Origin: Octopus sinensis | Taxonomy: Eukaryota | Direction: 5' to 3' | Assembly (NCBI RefSeq): GCF_006345805.1 | Contig: NC_043019.1 | Coordinates: 20,893,360 to 20,957,359 of the forward strand | Length of the DNA: 64,000 nt | In this document: in pieces, positions 12,911 to 25,619 of the stretch | Layout: the number at the start of each line of letters is the position of its first letter | Numbering within the stretch: the first letter of the stretch is position 1 | Made by a program: the position numbers and the translations under genes | Notes under the pieces: generated by a model | What the model was told of the DNA's origin: nothing | Seen by the model: only the letters and a program-made list of their open reading frames with translations | The model's database searches: none

Positions 12911-13037
12911 AATTTTACTTTTCCTCCTTTCAAGCATGGTATAATTCCACTGCAATATTTTTGTTATGACTTGTCAGAAGAGGAGAGATAGTGTTTGAGG
13001 CCCTCACAAGTTTTCAAAGTTAGATGTGACAAAGATA

Positions 13038-14296
13038 CAAGAGGAAGTCAAAATTGTCCATACTTTCGCCAAAACTTTCTTTAGATTGACAGCAATGCCT
13101 TTAGTGCTTACTTGCAAAAAACACAGTGTTCTTGTGGTTATGTATCTGAGGCTTGGCCTTGATCAATGTTGTTCTCTTTCTTGTGTTACATGGTAGACAT
13201 GGCCATACCACTGGCAGTGTGCATCAAGGAAGAACAGAGATCAGTGATATGATTTCCCTGGTTGTCAAGAGCTGAAATTCCTCACAGGCTTTCAGTACAA
13301 TACGGGTACAACACTCTATTGTACAGAAGTGTATATGAGTGGATTGAGAAGTTTAAAAATAACCAGAGAAGCATGAAGAGGGAGCAGAACACCTATCAAC
13401 CTCTAATACTGATGTGATGATTTAACAAGCTTGAGAGATGGTTCTGGGGAACAGACAGTGACCATCAATGTGGTGGCATGTTCTCTGCAAATTAGTCATG
13501 GTTCTGTATATGAATTCATTCACAATTCATTCTGTAAAGTCTGTGAGAGATGGGTGCCAAGAGTCAGAAATACATAAGTGCAATTGTGTGGAGACCTGTC
13601 AACACTTTCTTGACTGCTACAACGATGAAGGCAAAACATTTTGGAGAGAATAATCATAAGAGATGAGATATGAGCCCACCACTTTGAGCCAGAATCTAAA
13701 AGGCAGAGTATAGAGAGGAAACACTTAGAATGGCCAGTGAAAAAAAATCCAGTCTCCACAGAAAAAGTGATGCTAAACATTTTTGGGGATGCAAAAGGGT
13801 TTATACTGGAACTTTACCTGGAAAAGAGGTCACAGTCACTAGTGTATGTTAAGTGAAATACTGGCCAACAAACTGAAACCAGTAATTTGCCCCAGATGCC
13901 AAGGTCTCTTGTCAAAGTAAGTGTTATTGTTGCATGACAATGCTTGCCCACATAAAGACACCCACACTGTTGAAACCATTGGAAAGTTGGGTTTCGAGTT
14001 GCTAGGGCACCCTGCATAGAGTCCTTCTGATTATCACCTCCTTGGACCACTCAAACATCCTTTACAAGGTTGTCAATTTGTTACTGATGAAAAAGAACAG
14101 GAAACAGTGCATAAATGGCCACACTACCAACCAAGAACCTTCTTCTCTGATAGAATAAGCAAGCTTGTGAACCACCGAAAGAAGTGCATTGAAAAGCAAA
14201 GAGATTATATCAAAAAATATTGTAATTATTCAAACCCTGCTTTCGTTTTGATAAATTACAGAAACACGAGTGCGCATAATCTTTGACTTACTCTTG
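13038..14296 (+). mobile_element. Full-length but decayed mariner element (~1.26 kb)
   Basis: TA-CAAGAGGAAGTCAAA at the left end and TTTGACTTACTCTTG-TA at the right end (imperfect TIRs, TA TSD); internal WVP and HDNA transposase remnants. Confidence 0.75.
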
Positions 14297-15081
14297 TACC
14301 TTCAGATTTAAGATTTGGCCTGAATGCTTCTAATGGAATAGACCCTGTTTAGAGTATACTGGTGCACCTGTGTACTAGGAGCTGAGGTTAAACTAGGGAA
14401 CAGATTAAGTTTACCAAAATTAGACACAAACCTCCGACAGGCTCCACAGAATTTCTTTCACAAAGTTTTGAATTACCTGAGACCCTAAAGTGAGATGAAA
14501 CCCGAAGCACATATTTATGAAGTGAAATATCGAATTTTGTTAAGCACCACAGCCACGTCTACACCTTCGTTCCCACCATCCTGTAAAACTCTGCACCAAC
14601 AACAGCAACAAAACTATGTTTAAAATGAATTAAGTTGTCAACAATGAAATTAGATCTCTCCTACACACACACACACACACACTCTTTCTCTCACACACAC
14701 ACATATGTACACACAGACATGCACATAAACACATACACATACATGTGAGATTAGTGAAGTACTAAAACAGAAAATAATTTGATACCAATTAGATTGATTG
14801 CTGCTTAAGTGACTTTCTCAGTGTAGAATAATTAGAATAACAGTGACATTTTCACTTTAAAACAACTCCAAATGAAATAAAGATCTAAAGACATTTTCAT
14901 GTAAAAAATTTTTTTTATTTATATATATAAAAGAAAAGTAATTGAAAGCCAATTTATTTTTTACGAGTTTTAAATTGATTTTTGTTTCTTCAGTGAATTT
15001 CTTTCTTCACTAATTTTTCCCCTATTTTCTTACCAATGATATTTATATACTTGGTACTGGTTTGGTTATGGAACCTTCTGA

Positions 15082-15326
15082 TCACAAAGTCTTCACAAAG
15101 AAGTTTTTCATATTCTTTCCACTGAATAACACACTGTTCTCAGCCATTGGTATTTTCCAACAAGGCCTTGTGGAACGGGAATCGAATAATTCCAGTCTTT
15201 CTATTAGTTTGGCATCGAGCTTAAAGTTTCTGCCATTACCGTCATTACCATAAAGTTCTTGAGTGTTGGACAGCATTTGGAATTGCTTTGATTTCTTGGA
15301 GTATACATCTGTATGAGCAAATTGTC
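15082..15326 (-). CDS. ITIH: ITIH-like gene, terminal exon (GQF...PCW...stop)
   Basis: Acceptor TTTGTTTATTTAG|GA CAA TTT; phase 1 completes GLLG|QF from the previous exon; TGA at 15082-15084; AATAAA on the minus strand near 14915-14960. Confidence 0.85.
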
Positions 15327-16069
15327 CTAAATAAACAAAGAACAAAGAAAATCAGAAACCAATTTAGTTTAATGGGACTGACACATTTCATTTAACATGC
15401 AGACCCCCCCCCCACAAAATTGTTTAATTATTTGAAATCAAATGATTATCTTTTACATGTTTTAGTCATTGAACTGTGGCCATGCTGGGGCACCACATTG
15501 AAAAGTTTAGTTAAACATATTGACCCTAATGCTTATTTTTTTTTCCCTCTAAGCTGTCATGGGCAACCCACAACTCACGGATTGCCTGGAGCCTGAAGGA
15601 CTTTCTGAATGACATACTCTTTTCTTCTTTAGGCACAAGGCCCGAAATTTTTGGGGAGGGGGCCAGTTGATTAAATCGGCTTCAGTATGTAACTGGTACT
15701 TAATTTATCGACCCCAAAAAAATGAAAGGCAAAGTCAACTTAATCAGGATTTGAACTCAGAGTGTAAAGACAGAAGAAATATTGCTAAGCATTTCACCCG
15801 GTGTGCTAACGTTTCTGTCAGCTTGCTGCCTTTCTGAATGACATGCTGAATGAAAAATTACCTTGAATTCTTTAGTTGTGCCTCCCACCAGATAATGTGT
15901 TATGTCCCATGTGGCCCACTTCTCATAAAAGGTTGCCTATGCCTGAAAGTCTAGTTTTTATTCTTTGAGTTTCTTTTGCTGAACCGCTAGGATACTAGGA
16001 ACATAAACAAACCAACACTGGCACAGAGACAATGTTTGGAAAGTACGGTAGTAACACTAGACATATTCC

Positions 16070-16366
16070 ATCCAATCGTGGCCGTTGCCAGCCTCGCCTG
16101 GCCCCCGTGCCGGTGGCACGTAAAAAGCACCATCCGTCCGTGGCCGTCTGCCAGCTCTGTCTGTCACCTGTGCGGGTGGCACGTAAAAAGCACCCACTTC
16201 ACTCACGGAGTGGTTGGCGTTAGGAAGGGCATCCAGCCGTAGAAACACTGCCAGATCAGACTGGGCCTGATGCAGCCTTCTGGCTTCACAGACCCCAGTT
16301 GAACCGTCCAACCCATGCTAGCATGGAAAGCGGACGCTAAATGATGATGATGATGATGATGATGAT
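16070..16366 (-). mobile_element. SINE/LINE-tail family C with (CAT)n end and internal ~58-bp tandem unit
   Basis: CATCATCATTTAGCGTCCGCTTTCCATGCTAGC.. and GGTGCTTTTTACGTGCCACCGGCAC units. Related copies at ~11280-11700, 19058-19455, 24780-25130, 31560-31955, 37210-37480, 49040-49460 and 50660-51135, with variable unit number. Confidence 0.8.
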
Positions 16367-16836
16367 GTTACACCACATCAGTACTTTGAAGATCTGAATC
16401 AGCTGGGAGAGAGGGGAAGATTGTGAATGAACGCCTGAATTAGCGAACATTGAATGGTGACATCAGGCAACATAGTTTAACACTGCTTAAGTGTCAAAAC
16501 AGTGAAATGAGTGAAGAGAAATGTTAGTATATAAATATTTCTATGCCTATGTGTATCCATTTGTGTGTGTGTGTGTGTATGTTCAGAGAGAAAGAAATTC
16601 AGTCAGTATACATTTCTTTCACGGTAGATGAAAGGATTCTGCGCTAATTGGTATCATATTCCTTATAGTTATTATACTAAGTGATGCAGAAACTTTAAAT
16701 GACAACTCATTTCCTCTTCGTCATTCTTTTACTTCCTCCTCCTTCTTCTTTTTCTTCTTATCAGTTGAACACTGGGGTTGATGTAATCAACACATCCCCT
16801 CCCCAAAATGGCTACCCATTTAGCAAAATTTGAAAC

Positions 16837-16873
<37 letters not shown>

Positions 16874-17427
16874 GAGTGAGAGAGCAGTGCATGCCATCAA
16901 AGTGACACTGGGGTAAAATATACGAAGCCCAGTATACCCATCGTGACTACCTGTCTGATAAGAGTACACTAGACACATGCATCACAACCATATGTGCGGG
17001 ACATGGTGATGTCATATCAAGATAAACAGCACATGACCTTGCAGTTGGGACCCAGTTAGAATTTTCCTCTGGTCGAGTAACCCAACCCGCTCAAAAGGTC
17101 CCTGAATAAGAGTTGTTTAAGGATGTTGAACGAAACACGCATGTTTCCAGAGGTGAATTATTCAAACCCCAAAGAATCCCTCTCAACACATGGCTATGAT
17201 GCTCCCCAACTACTTCTGCTCATGATCAGAGATGCACATATTGCCAGCCACTAAGGGACATGCTCAACTGGTTACGGTCAAACAACTGACAAGCAAATCT
17301 GTGGTATTGAGCAGAATATTTGCTGTAGCCCATCTTTTATACCAAGACAAAACAATGTACATGATAACACTTCCAATCAATTAAGATCAGAAGCCATGAG
17401 AGCCACTGCCTGGTACTGCATCAGGGC
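16874..17427 (-). mobile_element. 5'-truncated element embedded in (TAA)n, probable 3' UTR of an R4/Dong LINE
   Basis: Flanked by (ATT)n on both sides (16838-16873 and 17428-17490). The same terminal sequence at ~27430 is continuous with an R4-type endonuclease C-terminus. Confidence 0.6.
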
Positions 17428-17490
<63 letters not shown>

Positions 17491-17629
17491 CACAGAATAG
17501 TTAGCACGCTGGGCAAAATACTCTCTGTGGCATTTTGTTCATCTTCATGGTTTGAGTTAAAATGTCACCAAGGTTGACTGCCTTTCATCCTTTTGGGGTC
17601 GATAAAATAAGTACCAGTTGAGCACTGGG

Positions 17630-19020
17630 GTCGATTTAACCTCCCGCAAAAGTTGCTTTAGCACACTTATCAAGGCCAAAATCCATCCCGATGTCATTGC
17701 TAAACTCTTTAACAGTTTTTAACAGCACTACAGGCTCTTCGTCATTTCTAGCAAACAACTTCAGTTTGTCCATATAAAACAGATAGTTTGCTATAATATT
17801 ATATACTTTGAACTCATACCTGGTGTTACTCAGTTCGTTTGAGAGCGGGATCAGTGCCATGCAAAATAGTAAGGGGGAGAAGGAGTCACCTTGAAAGATG
17901 CCTCATTTGATGTTGATGTTGTTAGATTGGTTCATCCCATTACTATGGTGTAGAAGGAGACGTGTATTCCACTTGGCTATGCTAGCTTGTAAGAATTTGG
18001 AGATGACAGGAGAGATCTTATATATCTCAAGGGCCTTGAGTAGCCAATTCTGTGAGACACTACCAAACGCTTTCCTGTAGTTTATCCATGCCATACTCAG
18101 GTTCTTCTTTTTGCTCCAGCAATTCTCTACAATCATTTTATTCATGAGTAATTGATCTTTGCATCCATAAAAATTCTTTTTACAACCATGGTGTTGAGAC
18201 ATATATAATTGGTTGATAGTTCTTTGAATTTTTCGTGTCTTCAGTTTTTGGTAGAAGGTATGTTGTTCCTTCGTTAGCACATCGGGCGAAATGCATAGCC
18301 GTATTTCGTCAGCCGTTACGTTCTGAGTTCAAATTCTGCCGAGGTCGACTTTGCCTTTCATCCTTTCGGGGTCGATAAATTAAGTACCAGTTGCCCACTG
18401 GGGTTGATATAATCGACTTAATCCATTTGTCTGTCCTTGTTTGTCCCCTCTGTGTTTAGCCCCTTGTGGGTAATAAAGAAATAGGTATTTTATCTGCCAC
18501 TACGTTCTGAGTTCAAATTCTGCCGAGGTCGACTTTGCCTTTCATCCTTTCGGGGTCGATAAATTAAGTACCAGTTACCCACTGGGGTTGATATAATCGA
18601 CTTAATCCATTTGTCTGTCCTTGTTTGTCCCCTCTGTGTTTAGCCCCTTGTGGGCAGTAAAGAAATAGGTATGTTGTTCCTTCGGTCAGTCAGGCAGGTA
18701 TTTGCTTCAGTTTCTGGATGACATCAGTTAGTGATGAAGCAAAATTCAGCTATAAGTTAAGGATCTGGGCCAGTCCTGGGGTTTTCTATTTGTGAGACTT
18801 TCTGAGAACACATCTTAATTCTCCTCCTCCTGTTGCCTCCCATTTCTGCTATTCAACTTCATCCAATCTCACTTTCTTATGTTCTACCCAGTGAGCTTCA
18901 GCATTATATTCTTTTTTGTTGCTCCATATCTTCTTCCAAAACTCTTCCATTTCCTCAGTCTTAGGTGGCTCCTTTACTTCTATCTTGCTTTTGCCAATTT
19001 CCCTACAAAATTTCTTTGTA
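17630..19020 (-). mobile_element. Decayed R4/Dong-clade non-LTR retrotransposon RT, interrupted by a SINE
   Basis: GCKDQLLMNKMIVENC..NLSMAWINYRKAFGSVSQNW..SPLLFCMALIPLS..LFYMDKLKLFA..DIGMDFGLDKCAK; upstream EEMEEFWKKIWS. Confidence 0.85.
18274..18666 (+). mobile_element. SINE family B, internally duplicated, with 18-bp TSD
   Basis: AGGTATGTTGTTCCTTCG at 18256-18273 and 18667-18684; body TACGTTCTGAGTTCAAATT..AAAGAAATAGGT present twice. Confidence 0.85.
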
Positions 19021-20318
19021 TCATCATCATCATCATCATCATTATTATTTTTCATTATTAGCCTCGCCTGGCCCCCATGCCGGTGGCACGTAAAAAGCAC
19101 CATCCGACCGTGGCCATTTGCCAGCCCCGTCTGGCACCTGTGCCGGTGGCACATAAAAAGCACCATCCGACCGTGGCCGTTTGCCAGCCTCGCCTGGCCC
19201 CCGTGCCAGTGGCACGTAAAAAGCACCATCCAATCGTGGCTGTTTGCCAGCCTTGTCTGGCACCTGTGCCGGTGGCACATAAAAAAAAGCACCCACTAGA
19301 CTAACGGAGTGGTTGGTGTTAGGAAGGGCATCCAGCCGTAAAAACATTGCCAGATCAGACTGGGCCTGGTGTAGCCTTCTAGCTTCCCAGACCCCAGTTG
19401 AACTGACCAACCCATGCTAGCATGGAAAGCGGATGCTAAATGATGATGATGATGATTTTCATTTTGTTGCTGTTCTTGTATTACAGTGAGTCCTAACTGA
19501 TTTTGCAATCAATTTAAAGACTCACACACACATACATGTGAAAATAAATCCCCAATTTAAAGTTGTTTGATAACGTTTCACTTAAGTTATGTATATTTAA
19601 ACATTTTGTACTAGAAACACTACGTTTGCAAAAACTTCCATAATCTACTTAATTACCATCATGATTCTAAGACAGTATCTTTTACCATTTTACCAAATTA
19701 AAATTCTTTCGGGTTTATTTTCAGAAACAATTATCCTGATATTACCCAGATCACATGTCTAGAGAAGTTAATGGTTGAACTTTTCATTTGCATTAACCAA
19801 CTTTTATGATCTTTCTTTGAGAAAATCCTCAACTGCCATATTTTCTGACATACAAGTCAATGTGGTATCATGCTTCCCTGAAAATAAAACCTAACCGTAA
19901 AATAAGACCTAGCATGATCTTTCAGGATAATTTTAATATAAGCTTTTCCCTTAAAATAAGCCCAAGCTGAGAGTGGTAGACAGATGAAAGAAATAAGCAG
20001 TCTCTTCATATTGATTGAAACTGCTTTGTTGCAGTGTATACACTGTTCAAAATATCTTTTTGGTGGCAAAAAATAATGATGTCTACCCTAGTGTCTCTTT
20101 CGTAATTCAAATATTAACAAGCTATACATCAATCGACAGTTCATGTTTGGAGCTTTCAAATGTGTCACGTAACATTTTGCAGGAATTGGAGTCACATGAA
20201 AACTCCACAGGAATTTTGGAATCCTGTAATTTGCAGAACAAGGATGATGACTTGGCTGTTTTTGAATAAATTGTTGTTTATGAGTTTCTGAGTAAAAAAC
20301 AAGTAAATTGTCAATTAA

Positions 20319-20525
20319 CCCTTTAGCATTTAAACCGGCCATATTCTACCTGTTTTATGTTCAAACTGGCCAGATCTGGTCTCTCACACCAACCCTACAA
20401 TATCGTTTTAAAAATTAACAGCTACCTCATCAAAATCTCATAGCTACAAGATAATGCATGATTAGTTCAATACAATGAGGATGTAAAAACATTAATTTTG
20501 GCAGAATAATGCAAACACTAAAGGG
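20319..20525. mobile_element. piggyBac-type MITE (207 bp)
   Basis: TTAA|CCCTTTAGCATT ... AACACTAAAGGG|TTAA: TTAA TSD and CCC-starting TIRs. Confidence 0.8.
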
Positions 20526-20798
20526 TTAAATGTAGATCGCTTTATGTAATTTCTGTTTAATAAATTTTTGTTGTAATAAATCATCAAGTAAATGTAGATC
20601 GCTTTTCATAATTTCTATTTATTTAGTAATTTTGTAATTTTCTATTTTGTAATGTTGTTTTTCAGTACATGAAAAAAATATGAACTCCCCTGAAAATAAG
20701 CCTTAGTAAAAATTAATTAAGCCCTGTCTTATTTGGGGGGGAAACATGCATTATGGTACAAAGATTCAAACACATCATTTTAGTTTGATAAAACTTAC

Positions 20799-21158
20799 CT
20801 AGTAGTCCCGTTGTATCTGAAGACAAGCCAGAGTAGTCAGTGATGTAGAAATTGAGGAAACTGACACGATTTGGGTCAGTATGTGATACCAAGGTTCGTT
20901 GTATCACGATGTGTGTTGAGTTGTTTAGGTAAACATTCAAATGCTGGCCACTACCTGTGACAACAAGTTTCATTCCTTTTATTCTCATATTTGTTTCTTT
21001 TAGCCAAGATAACACTATACCATGCACGTGAATCATTCTTGGCGTGACATAAAGACTAAGCATAGAATGGGCGATTTTCACTGCTCCAAGATATGTTCTC
21101 TGGTGTCCATCTTTGTTCTTCACTTTGCTTGCCACCACTGTAGCAGTAATTCTGTCTC
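20799..21158 (-). CDS. ITIH: ITIH-like exon (ITI heavy chain C-terminal domain)
   Basis: TTCTTTCTAG|GA GAC AGA ... GGA CTA CTA G|GTAAGT; 360 nt, phase 1-1; FLNFYITDYSGLSSDTTGLLG. Confidence 0.88.
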
Positions 21159-21269
21159 CTAGAAAGAATTGACAGAAAAAATATTAGTTTGTTTTTGTTT
21201 TCTACTCAACAAAGGGTTTTCAACATTTTAGGGCTGTGTGTAATTCCCATTATATGATTGTTCAAAATG

Positions 21270-21658
21270 CATACATACATATATGCATACATACATACAT
21301 ACATACATACATACATACATACATACATACATACATACATACATACATACATACATACACACACACATACACACATACATATATACATATGTACATATAT
21401 ACATACATACATACATACATACACACATACATACACACACATATACACATACATACATGCATGCATACATGCATACATACATACATACGTACATATATAC
21501 ATATATACATACATACATATATACATACACACACATACATACATACACACACATATACACATACATACATACATGCATGCATGCATACATACATACATAC
21601 ACACACATACACACACACATACATACATACATACATACATACATACATACATACATAC
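21270..21658. repeat. (TACA)n / (CA)n compound microsatellite
   Basis: Direct reading; generates the MYVC/HTYI pseudo-ORFs. Confidence 0.95.
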
Positions 21659-21659
21659 C

Positions 21660-21870
21660 AGTGAAAAAGAGAATACCTATGCTGAACTATTGAGAAATCT
21701 GCAGTTACTCTATCCAGATTACAAGTTCTGGTTTATATCTGTAATTATTGAGGTTCTGGGATATGTAACACACTGCCTAAATACCAATCTTGAGAAATTA
21801 GGCTTCTCAAAACCAGTTAGGAGAAAGCTAATTAGCTACAGATCCAATCCAACACTGGAACTGTAAAAAT
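21660..21870 (+). mobile_element. Fragment of a restriction-like-endonuclease non-LTR element C-terminus
   Basis: EKENTYAELLRNLQLLYPDYKFWFISVIIEVLGYV resembles the R4/R2-type REL tail. Confidence 0.55.
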
Positions 21871-22002
21871 CTGTAAAATTTCCCAGAAGTTTTAAATATT
21901 TAATCATTTAAATATAAATGAGCATGTAAAATTCAGACTAACAGAATGCGATGGAATAAAAATTTGAATAAGTATTTGATTATTCTAAAAATAAATATAT
22001 AA

Positions 22003-22166
22003 GCGCAGAAGTGGCTGTGTGGTAAGTAGCTTGCTAACCACCCACATGGTTCCAGGTTCAATCCCACTGCGTGGCATCTTGGGCAAGTGTTTTCTGCTAT
22101 AGCCCCGGGCCGACCAATGCCTTGTGAGTGGATTTGGTAGACGGAAACTGAAAGAAGCCTGTTGTA

Positions 22167-22251
<85 letters not shown>

Positions 22252-22468
22252 TTGTGTGTCTGTGTTTGTCCCCCTAGCATTGCTTGACAACCGATGCTGG
22301 TGTGTTTACGTCCCCGTCACTTAGTGGTTCGACAAAAGAGACCAATAGAATAAGTACTGGGCTTACAAAGAATAAGTCCCGAGGTCGATTTGCTCGACTA
22401 AAGGCGGTGCTCCAGCATGGCCGCAGTCAAATGACTGAAACAAGTAAAAGAGCAAAAGAGTAAAAGAG
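22003..22468 (+). mobile_element. SINE family A copy with expanded (TA)n
   Basis: Same sequence as 2958-3348; internal TA tract 22165-22238. Confidence 0.85.
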
Positions 22469-22863
22469 TATATAGGGGATGCAAGGTCAAGGTACAAGGT
22501 GAGTATGAGAAACAGAATAGGTTAGAGGAGCAGAAGAAAATAAATGTATAGGTAAGTGCACTGAGTGAGAATAGGGTAACAGACGGTGAGAGACAGGGAA
22601 TGAGTTGAAGTGTGCATGCATGCTCTCACTCACCCAGTCTAATCTATATATATATCTAGTCTATATATAGATGCAATCATGGTGTTGTGCTAAGAAGCTT
22701 AGTTCTCAGTCACATGATTCTGGGTTCAGTCCCACAGCATGGTACCTTGGGCAAGTGTCTTCTACTGTAACCTCGGGTTGTCCAAAGCCTTGTGATTGGA
22801 TTTGGCAGACAGAAACTGAAAGAAGCCTGCCGTACGTACACACACACACACACACACACATAC

Positions 22864-23065
22864 CAGAGATCTCTCTCATACTGGAAATCTCTTATACCAG
22901 AAATCCCCTCCCTTATACCTGAAATCTCCTCTCTTATACCTGAAATCCCTCCTCTTCTCTTATGCTGGTAATTCTGACTTGTAATTTCCTTTCTTATACC
23001 TGAAGCCCCCTCCCTTATACCTGAAATCTCCTGTCTTGTACTGGAAATCATTTCTTTTTGGGTGT
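22864..23065. repeat. ~21-bp degenerate minisatellite (CTCTTATACCTGAAATCTCCT-like)
   Basis: About 7-8 imperfect units read directly. Confidence 0.75.
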
Positions 23066-23069
23066 GAAA

Positions 23070-23900
23070 GCAAGGTCTGGAACCAAAGGGCCTTAGAGTT
23101 AATCTAGCAAAAACCAAAGTCTTAGTAAGTAGGAAAGCAGACAAATCACAAATCTCTTCAGGTAGATGGCCCTGCTTGATCTGTAGAAAAGGCATAAGTA
23201 GAAACTCCTTAAGATGTACCTGGTGTAAGCCATGTATCAGAGGACGATTAACAGGGAAACTAGTTTTTGTATGTGGAAGGTGCACAGATACAATTAACAC
23301 TAAAAACGTACAGAAAATAGACTCCATCAAATGCCAACGGGGAAAGCTAGAAGTAGTTGATAGCTTCTGTTATCTAGGCGACCAAGTCAGTAGTGGAGGT
23401 GGATGCTCTGACAACATAGGTGCTAGAATAAGAATAAACTGAGTTCAGCGAGCTCCTGCCTCTGTTGGTATCAAAGGGCCTCTCCCTCAGAGTGAAAGGC
23501 AGATTGTACAATGCCTGTGTGTGAACAGCTATGCTACACAGCAGTGAAACATGGGCTGTCACTGTTGAGGGCATCCATAGACTTGAAAGAAATGAAGCTA
23601 GTATGCTTTGCTGGATTTGCAATTTCAGTAGGCATGAACAACAGAATGTAAGAGACCTGAGGAAAAAGTTGGGCATAAGAGGCATAAGATGTAGTGTGCA
23701 AGAGAGATGACTGTGTTGGTGTGGTCATGTGTTGTGTATGTATGGAGATGCTGTAGAAGAGGAAGACCCAGGAAGACATGGGACAAGGTGGTGAAGCATT
23801 ATCTTCAAACGTTGGACTTCAAGGAGGCAGTAACAAATGATCGAGAACTTTGGTGATATGCCATGCTTGAGAAGACCCATCAAGCCAAGTGAAATCATAG
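23070..23900 (+). mobile_element. Decayed RTE LINE 3' fragment
   Basis: Homologous to 10370-11270 (LEVVDSFCYLGDQVSSGGGCS..GARIRI). Confidence 0.8.
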
Positions 23901-24010
23901 TCGTGGTAGATACTAGTGTCACACTACTGGCACCTGTGTCAGTCTTGGAGTGCCAACATGGACAACAGACATTAAATGATGATAATGATAATGATAATGA
24001 TGATGATAAT

Positions 24011-24052
<42 letters not shown>

Positions 24053-24605
24053 AAGTGAAATAGGGGTTATGAGTGTAACCATGTGTAGGCACAGGTGTGG
24101 TCGTGCAGTAAGAAGCTTGCTTTCCATTAACATGATTCCGGGTTCAGTCCCACTGTGTAGAACCTTAGGCAACTGTCTTCTAATATAGCCTTGGGCCAAC
24201 CAAGGCCTTGTGAATGGCTTTGGTAGATGGAAACTGAAATAAGCCCATCGTATATGTGTGTGAGTTGTGTGTGTGTATGTGTGTGTTTGTCCCCCCCCCC
24301 CAACCATTTGACAACTGCTGTCAATCTGTTTAAGTGTCTGTAAATTAGTGGTTTGGCAAAGAATAAGTACCAGGCTTAAGAAAATAGGGACTAGGGCCAA
24401 TTCATCTGACGAAAGGTTGTTCAGGGCAGTGCCCCAGCATGGCCACAGTCTCTTGACTGAAGCAGATAAAATATAAAAATTAAAAAATATTTTTGTTGTT
24501 TTTGTAAAATCTCAGAAAATAATTAAAAATTCACATTTTTTATCAAATTTTAGATAGAAAGTAGGATGGAAAACAAAAGGATGAACAAGAAGTGGGAGCA
24601 CTAAC

Positions 24606-24719
24606 CTGTTGCTGGATCATCAAGGAGCAATATATTCTGTCCAGAATTGGCCAGGACTTCAAAACAGAGTGGGAATTCAAGTGTTGGTAACTCAACAATG
24701 AAGTGTGGGTCATAAACCA
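24606..24719 (-). CDS. ITIH: ITIH-like exon carrying the DPHF motif
   Basis: TTTATTTCCAACAG|TG GTT TAT GAC CCA CAC TTC ... GCA ACA G|GTTAGT; VYDPHFIVELPTLEFPLCFEVLANSGQNILLLDDPAT; 114 nt, phase 1-1. Not present in the ORF track. Confidence 0.92.
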
Positions 24720-25619
24720 CTGTTGGAAATAAAGAAAATAGAAGGGAAAAAATACATCAGATTTGTTTCTATACATCATCATCATTTAGCGTTCACGGAG
24801 TGGTACTACACTCACGGAGTGGTTGGCGTTAGGAAGGGCATCCAGCTGTAGAAACATTGCCAGAAAAGACCGGAGCCTGGTGCAGCCTTCTGGCTTCCCA
24901 GATCCCCAGTCGAACCGTCCAACCCATGCTAGCATGGAGAACGGACGTTAAACGATGATGATGATGATGATGATGTGCTTGCTGGCATTGGTTGGATGGT
25001 CTGACCAGGGCTAGTAAGCTGAAAGGCTGCACCAGACTCCAGTCTGATTTGGCATGGTTTCTGTAGTTGGAGGCCCGCCCTAACACCAACCACTCCAAGG
25101 CACCAGTATAAGCTGTGACTATGATTTCACCTGGCTTGACAGGTCTTCTCAAGAACAGCATATCGCCAAAGGTCCTGGTCACTAGTCATTGCCTCTGTGA
25201 GACCCAATGTTCAGAGATCATGCTTCACTACCTTGTCCTATGTCTTCCTGGGTCTACCTCTACTACAGATGCCCTCCACACTTAGAGATTGGCACTTCTT
25301 TACACAACTGTCCTCATCCATATGCATCACATAACCAAACCAGTGCAATTATCTCTCTTGCATACCACATCTGATGCCTCTTATGCCCAATTTTTCTGTC
25401 AAGATGCTTACACTCTGTCAAACATGCACACTGACATTACACTTCTAGTGAAGTATTGTGGCATCATTTCTTTGAAGTCTACACATGTCTTCAGCTGTCA
25501 CAGCATATGTTTCACTGGCCCCAGTGGGACTGCAATTCTTGAATCAAATTCAGTGTACAACTTGGGTAATGATATGAGTAATGATGTATCTTTCAAGGTG
25601 CATATTAACTAAGTTGACA

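Noticed and set aside
19804-19877. Possible alternative ITIH last exon (..GLLG|KHDTTLTCMSENMAVEDFLKERS*)
   Set aside because: It is phase-compatible but has no ITIH similarity; 15082-15326 supplies the expected GQF..PCW end.
20619-20689. Acceptor giving GEFIFFSCTEKQHYKIENYKITK*
   Set aside because: Short, low-complexity and without homology; likely a chance site.
21206-21866. Cluster of overlapping MYVC/HTYI ORFs (also 62075-62731)
   Set aside because: They are translations of (TACA)n microsatellites.
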